This document shows, one piece after another, positions 30,030 through 41,840 of a DNA stretch of 64,000 nt; positions within the stretch are counted from its first letter, which is position 1, and every line of letters starts with the position of its first letter. The notes below the pieces were generated by a model, which was not told the origin of the DNA, searched no databases, and saw nothing but the letters and a program-made list of their open reading frames with translations. Source of the stretch: the human T2T-CHM13v2.0 reference genome, Homo sapiens; NCBI RefSeq assembly GCF_009914755.1, contig NC_060927.1. The stretch is one strand, 5' to 3'. The position numbers were made by a program, and so were the translations under genes.

Positions 30030-30380
30030 GTTCCAGAGTCAGGTGATATGAATTCAAATCCCAAGTTGGCCACTAACTAGCTGTGTGACCTCGGTCAAGT
30101 TATTCAACCTCTCTGTGCTTAGTTACTGCAGAATGCAGATGGTAACAAACCCTTCCTCCTAATTCAAGGATCAAGTAAAATACAGCACATAAAACAGTGA
30201 ACACCTAGTGAACACAGTGCCTGGCACGCAGTAATCATTAAATATTAAATATTATTTTATTACTCTGCAGATGGAGAAACTGAGTCATGGTGCAGCTGAG
30301 GGATTTATTTGAGGTTTACTCAAATAAGTGACAATTGGAACTAGACTCTGGACTTTCTGAATTTAGTCAAATTTTCTTTC
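30030..30380. mobile_element. Two tail-to-tail MIR fragments
   Basis: + strand ctagctgtgtgacctcggtcaagttattcaacctctctgtgc, then - strand cagatggagaaactgag. Confidence 0.7.
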
Positions 30381-31374
30381 CTCTATGCCTATTATAAAGG
30401 TAGTTTAGAAGGAGTAGCATCAGCATCCCAGGGGAGCTTGTTAAAAATTCAGAATCTGCATTTCAGCAACGCCCCCAGGTAGATGCACATTAAACTTGAG
30501 AAGCCTTGGTCTCTAGCACTCTGTAGGATGCTTGCATACATAACAAAGCCCTGGAGAGCTTCTGAAAGTGAACGAGCAACACCAACACACTGCCCACTGA
30601 CACCCCCTCTTCACTAGTGCAAAGCATCCAAAGGTCAGACGTTCTTCCAGGAAGCTTCCCGCCATTCTCTGGGGGGCTACCACTTCTCATATTCCAGCAC
30701 ATATTCACAACACAGAGAAGTCAGGTCCTGATCTAAAACTTGACCTTTTAGTTCCCCGCCAAGAGTGGCCAACAGTGCAAATTACACTCCTTCCCTGATG
30801 AGGCTGAATTCATTCTGAAAGTTTGCACTCATCAAGGTCATGGCTGGAAGACAACATATAGATCACCTGATTTAGGACCTTCATGTTCAAGATGAAAGAA
30901 CTGAGGCTCAGAAAACGGAAACATACATTTTAGTTAGAACCTGATGTGCACACAACTGGCGATCAAGAGCAACAAGCTTGGCTTCCCTCTCTCCGAACTC
31001 CCATCTCTCTGCCCACAGTCACAAGTTTAGACCAGAAGAATTCCCTATGTTCCCTGTAGTCCAGCAAAGGACTTCTTCCACCTGCCTGCAGTTTTTACTT
31101 CTCATCTCAGGGTGTCTTCTGACTTTCCAAGCAATCTCACACTTTCATTCCAAAAGCCACATTAAAAGCAGAAGGTGAAGACACCCCTATGTTCTGTTTC
31201 AAGTCTGACATATTCTCTTGTGTGTTTCCAACTTTACCAAAGATCAACCAACGAGATTTTAATTCAATGGCTAAATAATGAGGTGTTTCTCAAATGAGGG
31301 ATTCATAAAGGAGCTATATAAGAGAAACAAACACATCCCCAGGGGACATTATAATGAAAAGTATAAAGAAGCCT

Positions 31375-31610
31375 AGAATGGTGGACAGGATTTGGACTCT
31401 AATTATCCTGGGTTCGAATCCCAGCATTACTCTTTACTCTCTGTGTAAGCTTGAACGAGTTACTTAACTTCCAGGAGTCCTGATTTCTCAATTACTAAAT
31501 AGAACCAATAATATCTAGCTGCATGATTGCTGTAAGAATTAACAAGACAAGTTTACATAAAGCATCTTTCGTAGCAAACACTCAGTAGGCGCTCAGTCTG
31601 TGACAGTTAT
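31375..31610 (+). mobile_element. MIR SINE
   Basis: cctgggttcgaatcccagc...gagttacttaactt. Confidence 0.7.
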
Positions 31611-33013
31611 CATACATCCACATCAACATTAACCATAGACTATACACAGACACATAGACACCCAAAACATACATTGCCTTCTATATTAACAGTTACCTTA
31701 AAACCTTACCAGATTTTGTGACCATAGAAAATAGGCTGTTTCTTAGTTAAGTCTTGGAACTTTCATGAGCAGGCATCTCTAAGGACTCATAACTGATGAA
31801 TGGATGCCAAGAAAAGAGCTGGAAAAATTGGCATCTTGCCCAGTTGAAATGAAATGCTAAGAATTTCTGCCCTGGCTACCCTTAACCCTGGATGGGGCTG
31901 GAAAATATTTACAAGGTTTGATTTTAAGGAGTCGAGGAGAGGAGGGTGACTTGAAGACAATAGCACTCCCAGTGTGAGAGGAATCGAGGCAACTCAAGTC
32001 AGCCACCTATCACTCGAGGCAGGCTGGGTGCTGGGTTGGAAAACATACCAACCGGAAGTGGCTCTTGCTCCATGTCCAAAGAGATAAAGAAAGGGCTCCT
32101 GTGCTGCCTTCAGTGCCCCAGGATACAGCACTCAAACACTTACATACAGCAGCTCAAACACATACAGCAGCTCAAACACTAGCACCAGGAAGAAGGGAGC
32201 TATCAGAGAACCCCCGACTATTGCTTCCTCCTGTAGGTTCACTCTGCTGTTCTGAGTGAGCATGACTCTGGCAATGCTTTGTCAAACGAGGCCAGCCCTG
32301 ATTTTCTTCATGCCTCCAGTTCCAACCAGCGACATCTCTGGATTCTGTGCCCCCTGGAGTGTTAGGTTTCATCTTCCAAGTCAACACTCATATCTGAGTG
32401 CTTGGTTCAGCCAATTTGATCTTTATAGACTTCATAGCCAAACATGAGCTAAAGTTTACCCCCTACACCCACCAGGGAAAGGCAGGCTCATATTGTACTT
32501 GAAAATCTGCTCCTTTTAATTAACGTACTTTTAGAAATGGTCCATGGTGCTCTAGTGGAAAACATGTGCAGTGCTTAGTCATAAGGAGGGTTTTCGGATT
32601 TAAAATGGCTTCGCTGTGAGTTTTGTAGGACAGATGGGGAGAGGAGTTTTTAGCTAAAGGAGAACAGAGTTGCCTTCTGAGTTGCAACTTCACCCAAAGG
32701 GAACCTTCAGCTTTGCACTTTCGTGGTGGATTGGCAATTGCTCTGATATTCTCCCAGCTGCTTCTCCATTCTGTCTTCCTTTCCCTCCCCTCCTCTTAAA
32801 GCTCCATCCAAACTCACACACTCTCTCCCCTCTCTCCAGCCTTGCTTTTTTCTCCTCTGCCTTATCCCCAGGGAAATAACACAACAAGCAAGCCTATGGT
32901 TTTCAGATGCCAAATAATAAACTGCTCAGACAATAGGCCAAAGAAAAAAGAAAACGAAGTCTCCAAACTCGACTGACTCAATCCCCAAAAGAGATCTTCA
33001 CCCCTGCTTGATT

Positions 33014-33016
<3 letters not shown>

Positions 33017-33061
<45 letters not shown>

Positions 33062-33065
33062 CACA
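33017..33065. repeat. (CA)n microsatellite, about 24 units
   Basis: Read directly; one CG interruption. Confidence 0.95.
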
Positions 33066-36000
33066 GCATAAAAACCAGAACATTTCATTTTAAATGTTTA
33101 CAGGTTAAGACAGAGCAAAGGGGCAAATGTCACTCAAAAGCATCAACAAAGAAAACAGATTTGGCCAATATCTCATCCTCAAGCTTCTTAGTTTGCAAAT
33201 AGCTCATGGTCACCAGCAGTTCCCTGTTTATAAGCACCACAGTCATGGAGGGAATGAACAGAGAAAGGTTTCAGTGGATCTTTAAGCACAAAAGAAAGTC
33301 TTTATCCAAATGCCACCCAGAATTCCTATCTGAGGGACAGAGCCTTTTGACTCTTGTGTGCTTACAGACAGCACAGAAGAAATGACCACAGCCTGGGGGC
33401 TACTAAATAAAGAGGTTTCTGCTAATTCGAGGCAGGCAGTGCAGTTGGGTCATTGAGCCCTTCTCAAATTCAGAGCGTTTGGAACTGATGTTTATTAAAA
33501 GAAGCACTAGACGGGTACCACGGTTTGTCATCTGCTATGTCATTTTACTTGGATTTCCCAAATACCTTGTTGTTATTGATTTCTAATTTAATTCTATTGG
33601 CCTTCAGTTTCTCCGTTAAATAAATATTAAAATTACTGCCCCCTGTTGTTCACAGATCGGGATTAACTGGGAAATATGCTCAACATCCAGTCAGTACCAG
33701 GAATTGGGCAAGGGCATTATAGCCGCTATCTTCACAGCAATCCCATGCATTCAGGGGACTTTATTTCCAATATTCATATGAGGAAGCCAAAGTTCAGAGA
33801 GGTCAGGCAACTCTCCTGAGATCATACCTCCCATCAGGAAGTAAGGGAGGTGGGCTGTGGTTAAGGTATAAATATTATTCTCCGTGCAAAACACAACTCT
33901 ACTAAAGATCAGTAGCAACCAGGAACGACCAACTCCCAGTTCCGAGTTTCTTGGGAAAGAATTTTATGGCAGACTCCTCTCACTCTTGTAATTCACTTTT
34001 GTCTTTCAGATCCCTGTGTCAGAGTTCTAATTCCCCAAAATTAAAAAGAAAGATCTTGGGAGGAAAGGGAGAAACAGCAGTCCACTTGTGTGACAGAAGT
34101 AGGCCCACCGGCATGAAGGAGGCAGACCACGAGCCTGGCAAAATTGTGCCATAGCAGTGACACAAAACAAAAGCAGACAGACTGGGCCATGGTAGGCAGG
34201 CAGGCAGGGGAGGGCTCTTCCTTTCCCTTAGCAGCCAACCCATAAGCTGAAGGCACCCAGATGGTGGCAAAAATTCAGCCTTGGAACTTCTGAGGAGCCA
34301 ACCAGCAGGTTAAGCACATATTCAATGGCCTCCCTGGATAGAGAAGAAAATGCTCAATATCTGCACTGAAAAGAATTAAGAAAGAAAAGGACTGTCTCTC
34401 ACATGCATAGGTGAAGCAGAAGAGAAATCTAGAAATGCATTGATTCCAACTGGGACCCCGCAGCTTTCTACATGTGACTTGTCAGCTGCCAAAACAGGAT
34501 GCCTTCTTTAAGGCTGCCTAAGCCCCAGTTAGTTCTAAATGATTTTCATTATACCAGCTGGTCACTTTCAGTTCTGTGAAATACAGTAGTTCTGGATAAT
34601 ATACTTTATTCTGTCAACTCAATCAATAGGGTGGAAAGTTTCTTTGAGTGGGAATCATTTGGATATAACAGTACCAGAGATGGCATCTTTTCTGCTAGCA
34701 AAACCTTTCTGCAGGCAAATGGATGTGAACATGTTGCCTTTTCAATACTGTTTTTTAGCAACAACACTTATAATGATAATGACAAAATGGTAACAATGAC
34801 AACAACAACAACAACAATAGCAGCTAATATTTACTGAATATTTACTATGTGGCTGCCACTGTGCTCTGCATAGGTCATCTCATTAAATCCTTACACCTAT
34901 CACCCTAACTATAGATTCCATTGCTCTCTCCACTTTACTGGCAGGAATGGGTAGCTTTAAGTATCTTCAGCTCTTTCCAGCTCCAGAGTCTGAGCCCTGG
35001 ATAAATATCATCTCATACTATCTAACCTCTAAGTTCCCTTCTCATTCTTTAAGCTTCCATAAATGCATCTTTCTTCCTCTATTTCTATTTTATTCCCTCA
35101 CATTTCATGGGTAAATCTTTATAAACACACCATTTCAGACAATGCTATTTTACTCTTTCTGGCTGCCCCGTGAATCTTTATAGACTGAGATGCCCGATGG
35201 AGCCAGTATGTTTTAATTTTCACATGAAAAACAGAATTCCCAAGGGGAAGGAGCATTTGATGGAAAGGCAAAACCTTTATAAGCACTCAAGGCATTAAAA
35301 TCCAAATTTCCAAAATATGGTAATTATGTCAAAGTTGTGACTTACTCTGGAGCCCTTGGGGACCCTCATCCTGACCCATCTGTGAAAGCCATCAGCAGGC
35401 AGTAAGCCTTCTGAGGAGCAGGATTACAGCAGCCAATTTGGCCTCTAGCAAAGAGGCAAGGCTGCTTCATTTAGTTTAAGTCTCACTGAGATGGTTTAAA
35501 ACACTCTTTGGGAAGAGATGTGCAGGCAAAGCAAATCACAGCCTTACCAGCTGCAGATTCAGTACACGGCAGTCTATGTCTACATATTCATGGCACACTG
35601 GAGCCCTCCCCTGACTGTGCTCATACATGCATTGATATGGGAAGCAGAACTCTCTCACTGGGGAAATAATCTATGTGCCTAAGTTAGACAAGAGCCACAT
35701 TTGGACCAGCGGATGGCATCACATCTGGTATGGATCGCTAACCTCAGTGTGATTTGGCCCAGCCTGGATTATTTATGATTCATAAAAGTCCCACTGGACC
35801 CCAGCATAGTCCAAGACCACATAACAAAAAACCATGGGATTAAAAATCTGTATTTCATTGCAAGACCCCCATGGCAAATTAGTAATGCTATGATTGGTTT
35901 TCGAGAAGCCAAGAGTGAGGAGAACTAACTATGATCACTCCCTCAAGAAACCCAGCATAGAGGGCAAACCGAATCATGTGTTCAGCCAGGCTATGCAGTC

Positions 36001-36505
36001 ATATTCTGAAGCTCTGTCACCATTTCTAATCTGAAAGCAGTGTCTAAAATTAAACCTAAATAATTTGAAAGCCATTTCTTTACCTGGAAGTCTCAGCTGA
36101 GTCCTTGTTCCTCAGATCCCCTAATGGTTTCTGACATCATGTGTTGAAATGACTACTGTACATGAACGCTATCAGGTATTTGGTCTGTTAGCCCCTTTCC
36201 CCATATTATTATGGTTTTTTAAAGAAAGCTACACTTTTAGAGAAACGCTGCTTCTTCTTAAGCATCAAGATTTAAGCGTTTCTTCAGGACTCCCTAGAGC
36301 TGTGACATAACACTTTGTAATCGAGCTTTCTAATCAGCATAGAAAAGGCAAAAGGGGTCGCAGGGCCACCAAAAATGCTACCTGGCCAAGAAAACGAAGA
36401 CCCAATATCCTCCCCCAGTGCAAAGGCCCTAGATCTGGCTTTCTCATCCTCCTTAGAAAATATACTGCTGTTTAATTTGTGAATTAGAGCAAATTTCTTA
36501 CCCAC

Positions 36506-37080
36506 CTCCAGGGAGGATGAAATGCCCAGTCTCGGAGGAAGCTTCTGCCAGACCCTTGGAGCTTGTCAATTGTCCCAGTTCACTTTCTCCCTGGATCTGA
36601 CTTCTAAGAACGCAAGCAGGACCTCAGGCAGCCAAAGCATCTTCTCCTCAAACCCCCTTTTCAGTCTGAACCCTTCCTGAAGCTGGCAACAGACTCAAGC
36701 CGAGCTGCTCCACATTCCCTCAGGGAAAACAGCACTGCTGGATCCAGACTCTGCTGGGGAATTCACCAAGCAAGAGAAAAAAAGTATGACTTCTACTCTT
36801 CCTCTAGATCAGCCTGAGTGCTCAGATCGCCTTCCGGAGGACCCCCAGTTTCCTCTTAACTCCCCTTCTTCATGACAATCTGAAGGAAGAAGTCATAGAC
36901 TCCAGCCCAGCGTCACCAGCTGATCCTGAGCCAGACCCGGGGTGACTAGTCAGCTGCTCACAGAGCTCAAGCCACTGAACCAGGAAATGTGCTGCTTGGT
37001 CAAAAAATAATAATAACTCTCGGTGGCGCTGCTGGTGGTGCCTGAGAAGTCGCTGTTGCAGTGCTTGCATCCTCCGCATG
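36506..37080 (-). other. PRICKLE2: Probable PRICKLE2 non-coding first exon (5'UTR); TSS approximate
   Basis: Repeat-free, GC/CpG-enriched block ending in overlapping donors GAG|GTGGGTAAGA (GT at 36505 and at 36501). It matches my recollection of the PRICKLE2 mRNA leader. The 5' end cannot be fixed from sequence. Confidence 0.7.
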
Positions 37081-37700
37081 CTAATGAAGCTGTGATGTCA
37101 GCAAGTCAGTCACGGCATCTGGACGTCCCATCCTGCTGCCCAGTGCTGAGATTTATTTACATGTAAATTAGCCTTGCCTTCCAAATCAATAATCCCCAAG
37201 CCAGGGAGAGGGGAAGGAAGCCTTTGCTGGATGCAAAGGCCCAGCTACGTAACCTCCAAATGAGCATGAAAAAAATCACATATAAGAAGAGAGGCTTTAA
37301 AGACACATGCCTATTTTTTTTCTTCTTAAAAGCTGTGCTCTTAGGTGCCAAGGTTCAGATCTGGGCACAATTATCAACCTGAGCGCCTGTTTCAGATTAT
37401 ATGCTGCACCAACCTAGGAGTGGAATCAGAGCACTCTTTTTTTAATTAAATGCTGTGTCAAGCCTTCAAAAATGCCTCTCCTTTTTTTTTTTCTTTCTCT
37501 TCTCTCTTCAACTTTCATTTTCGGGTGTTGCTTGTTTTTTGGCCTGAGACTATGTCACCTTTGAGTTTTTGTGCACCTCGAAATAAAGCACAAGTGACTC
37601 CTTTCCTCACGTGCTTGGGTGGTGAGTTAGTCAGCTGCCCTTTAACCCCTTACCCCAATTCCAACTGCATGCAGAAGAAGACAAAGCATAAACCTTCCCA
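37081..37700 (-). promoter_or_regulatory. Putative TATA-less, non-CpG-island proximal promoter of PRICKLE2
   Basis: Unique sequence directly upstream of the inferred exon 1, with a CRE/AP-1-like TGACATCA at about 37093-37100. Assigned by position only. Confidence 0.4.
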
Positions 37701-40700
37701 GGGCATCTGAAGACCCTGAGACCCTCAGAGAGCATTGCTTCCATCTCCTCATTTTACAGATTAGAAAATGGAGACAACTGGAGAAAGGACTTTTCTAAAG
37801 TCACACCAGGATTTCAGCAAGGATGGGTCAGAATCCACATTTCCTAGACCTCAGATAGAGCTTTTGTTGAATACCTTTGGGGTCTCCGAGCTCCATTTTT
37901 ATACACCACTAGGCGGCCTAACCAAGCAATCTGGAAGAAAGGAATCTATACATTTGGAGAGCCCTGTGTTCAAATCCTGCCTTTCCTTCCTGCTAGCAGT
38001 GTGATCTTAGGCAAGTAACTTAACTTGTGGGATCTTCAATAACCTCATCTGTACCATTCACTCATTCAATAAATATTTACTAAGCACGTACTCTATGCCA
38101 TGCACAGCTCTAAAGACTAGGTATAAACACAGTCTCTGCTTTCAAGGGCCTTATGGGCTACTGCAATTAAAGAAAGTAAAATATTGAATAGAACTATGGT
38201 GAAGATTAACACAATATCACATACTCAATAGCTATTTCTGATATTTTGAATGAAGTTAGAAAAATTCACCGAGGCATACTATCTACTAGGCTGATCACTG
38301 TTCCTAGCATCTGAGTATTTCCATGGTCATCTTTAATTGTTTAAAATCATATATTCCTTCAATGCTGCCTGTGCAGTATCCCGGGCCAGGAGAGAGGCAA
38401 GAGCCAGGCAATATTCTGGACTCTGTGCCTGTGATAAGGAAGCACTGTGAGCGAAAGTAAAGGGTGAGGGAAAGGTTGGGGAGGCTGGGAGGGAGGAATA
38501 TTCCATCATGCACAGAAGTGTCCCAAAGGACAAAGCAGCTAGCACGGCTCCTTGCCCACACTCCCCCGCCTGGGGAACCCACTCTGATGAGCTCTGCCCT
38601 TCCAGCTGCAGTTCCTGAAGCTTCAAATGAATTTCTTTGTTGGATGTGGGGAAGTTAAATTATGTCTTTTGTTGTATGTAATTGTATTAATAATGCTTAA
38701 TAACTTCTTTCAGAATGCTTCTCTCTAGTTCCCAGAAGACCTTTCATGGTGAAAATCATGAGACCTGGAATAACTTCTCAGTAAGAGAAATAAAATACAA
38801 GCAAATGAATAACACTCAGCCTTCAGTTTCCATCACACAGAACTCAGAGCGTGTAGGGAGGCAGATGGTCTCCCCAGACCTCAATATCCTTCAAAAAGTC
38901 AATTAGCAAGTCTAACAGTTTGGGGCCCCCAGTAGCCAAGTGGAAGCAGTGACATTCTAACCCAGTGTGGCCACGAACAAGTCACTTCAACTTTCCATGC
39001 CTCAGTTTCTTAAAAATGGGTACACTACTCTCTCATCTACTCATGATCAGCATGGTCATATAAGAGGCAATTCACAGGTGATCAACAATGAAATAAAGAA
39101 GACAGCTGAAACATAGCAAGAGATTACTCTTCACCTGGAACAGATGTGACACATCACTACCAACTTCATAAGAATTAACATCATAACATGGAGTCTAAAA
39201 TGGATTGCCTGGGGTCAGACTCTGGCTGTGACACTTGCTAGGTCTATGACTTGAGGCCTGAGGTCCTTATATGTAACCTAGGGCATAATGATAGTGCCTA
39301 CCTGCATGGGGCCATTGGGAGAATCCAATGAGCGTTAATGTGAATCATTTAACACTGAGCCTGTTACATAGCAAACACTCAATAAGTGTTAGCTATTGGT
39401 AATATTAATAGAAACAATCATGCTTCCACCATTAACTTCAGCGCAAATTAGTTAAGTAACCAGTTAAAATTCAAAAGGTGGGGAGAAAGCGGTAAAGGGA
39501 AGACTGCAAAATCATCTTTATTCCTAGAGCATATCTCAAAGTTCTATCTAATGTGGGTGAGCCACTGATATGCCATTTTCCATATGATACAATACAAATG
39601 CTTTGAACTGCTATGAATCTAGGAAATAAAGGAGTAAAAATGACCAAGAGGCGGGCTCCCTCTTCTGAAACTATACACCAGGACAAGACAACTATATTTT
39701 TGAGATGAATACATGCTTCACCCATTCATTCATATATCCATTCACTCATTAAATAAGCTCCTACTATTTGCCAGTCACTGTGCTAGGGTCTGGGGACAAC
39801 ATGGTGACCAAGATACACATGGATCCTGCCTTAAAAGAGCTTGGCAATCAGAGAGAAGACAATTAAGTAGGCAATTAGAGTAGAATGGGGTGTGTGTTAT
39901 GGCAGGAGGCATGCAGAGTCCTCAAAGGCCTAATTGCATTCAAGAGAGGGATGGCACAAAAGCATGCTGCCCAAGTCCTTTTGCCAGCACACGCTCTGTG
40001 AGCTCAGCTTGGTGATGAGGAAGCTGGATATCTATGCATCACACTTACACAGAATATTAAAATTACAAAATCCACAGATTGTTAATTCCCTGTGGTCATT
40101 ATTTTCATCCTGGAGACCATTCTAATGAGGTGTTTTTTTTTTTACAAATTATACTGGTAGGTATTAGAAAAAGTGAGAAAAAACTACTTTAAAAATTTCA
40201 GAGACTTAGTAAATAGGAACAAAACTCATATTGTTTTTCTAAAAAACAGTGAAATTCCACATTCATGACAGCAAACTTCATGCGAGTAAAGGCAGGGAAG
40301 AACAGGTAATACATATGAGAAACTCAACCAAATGTTTATTAGGGATTTGTGAAGCGGAGGACACTCTTGTCAGGAGACAAGGATGCAACTGTCGACCTTC
40401 AGAACTTTCTGTTTAGGTAGAATGATAGGATATTTATACAAATGACCATAATTGCATATAGTATATAGGAAAAAGGACAAGGAAGACAAAATTAATTATG
40501 GCAGAGGTGATCAGGAACCAGGAAAAGTATGATCTGGGTCAGGCCCAAGGTCAAAAACGCTTTTACTTTTTTGGAATTAAAAAACAATTTTATAGTGGGG
40601 GAAGGCCTTACTAAGCATGACACAAAATCCAGAAGTAGAAAAAGGCTGCAAAAATTTGACCTTAGTCAAATTCACCTTCTGCTAGAGGTGTTCCAGGCAG

Positions 40701-41451
40701 GAATAAGAACATGAGTAGGAAGGAAAATTATGAACACAAATGCATAATTAAGAGACATCTGCATGGACACAAGACAGCAAAACAGCAGCAACATGACACT
40801 GGCAGGTAATAACAAAGAGACAGCTCCATGCATGCTGGAAAATCAAATCATCTTTCCATTCTAGCCAGCTTTAGGCAGCATCTTGTTAGAGGATTACAGG
40901 GAAAGGTCAAGTACATCTCTACTGGTCAGGTTACAGAAGGGAAGGGTAAGTGACAGGAAGGGTGGTAGCCTCCTAGATGAAGAGCTGTAATGAGGAAGGC
41001 TGCAATGAACAAGTTTTAAATCTCTGTTTCTACGGGTATAAAATAAGAAGGAATGGATTTAAACGACCTAAAGAGGGTCCTAAATTCCTCTTTAGGTCAT
41101 TTAAAATCTTTCTTGGACCTAAGGAAGACTTCTGAATATTGAGATAAGAACTGACATGGGTCACTCAAGGAAATAGCAGTGTTTCAGTTTTTGGAGAACT
41201 TTAAAAAGACAGACATCACTCATCCTAGCTCATTTAGATTACTACCTTCTGGCCCTGCTATTGGGAAATTCTAATTGTTGTAAGGGATATTACCAAAGTT
41301 TCAAACCACTCATCTAATAAGGTTTCCCTTTTCAAATGTGTGCATTTCTGTGTGTGCGTGCTTTTAAATATTTTACTCAAGAGTAATCCTGATATTTAGA
41401 TTTCAAAGTCTAATAAAGTAAATGTGGGAGAGGAAGCTGACAAAGAACTGT

Positions 41452-41840
41452 CATGTAAGTTGGTCTAGCATAGGTGATGATGCAGTAACATATGATCCCA
41501 GATGTCAATGGCTTAACACAAGAAAGTTTGATTTCTCTCTCAGGCAAAGTTGGTTGGAGGCCCAGAGGTTTTCCAGGTACTCCATTCTAAGTAGCGACTC
41601 AGGGATCTACTCTGCTTCCTTCTTGTGCCTCTGTGATCTCAGTGAATAATTTCCAAGTTACAACAACAGCAGAAGAGAGAACTGAAGAGGCTTTTAGGTG
41701 CCTCAGCCTGGAGATGAATGATATCACTTCTAGTGGTCAAACTAGTCTCATGACCTCACCCAGCTGCAAGGAGGCTGGGAAGTGTATGCTCACAAAGAAC
41801 AGGGAAAACAGACAATGGAGGACCCCAGTAATGTCTGCCA
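41452..41840. mobile_element. Ancient ERVL/MaLR-type LTR (subfamily uncertain)
   Basis: gatgcagtaaca...caatggcttaacacaagaaagtttgatttctctctca...cagctgcaaggaggctgggaagtgta. Confidence 0.55.

Noticed and set aside
36500-37700. CpG island at the exon-1 promoter
   Set aside because: CpGs are only modestly enriched and not island density by eye.
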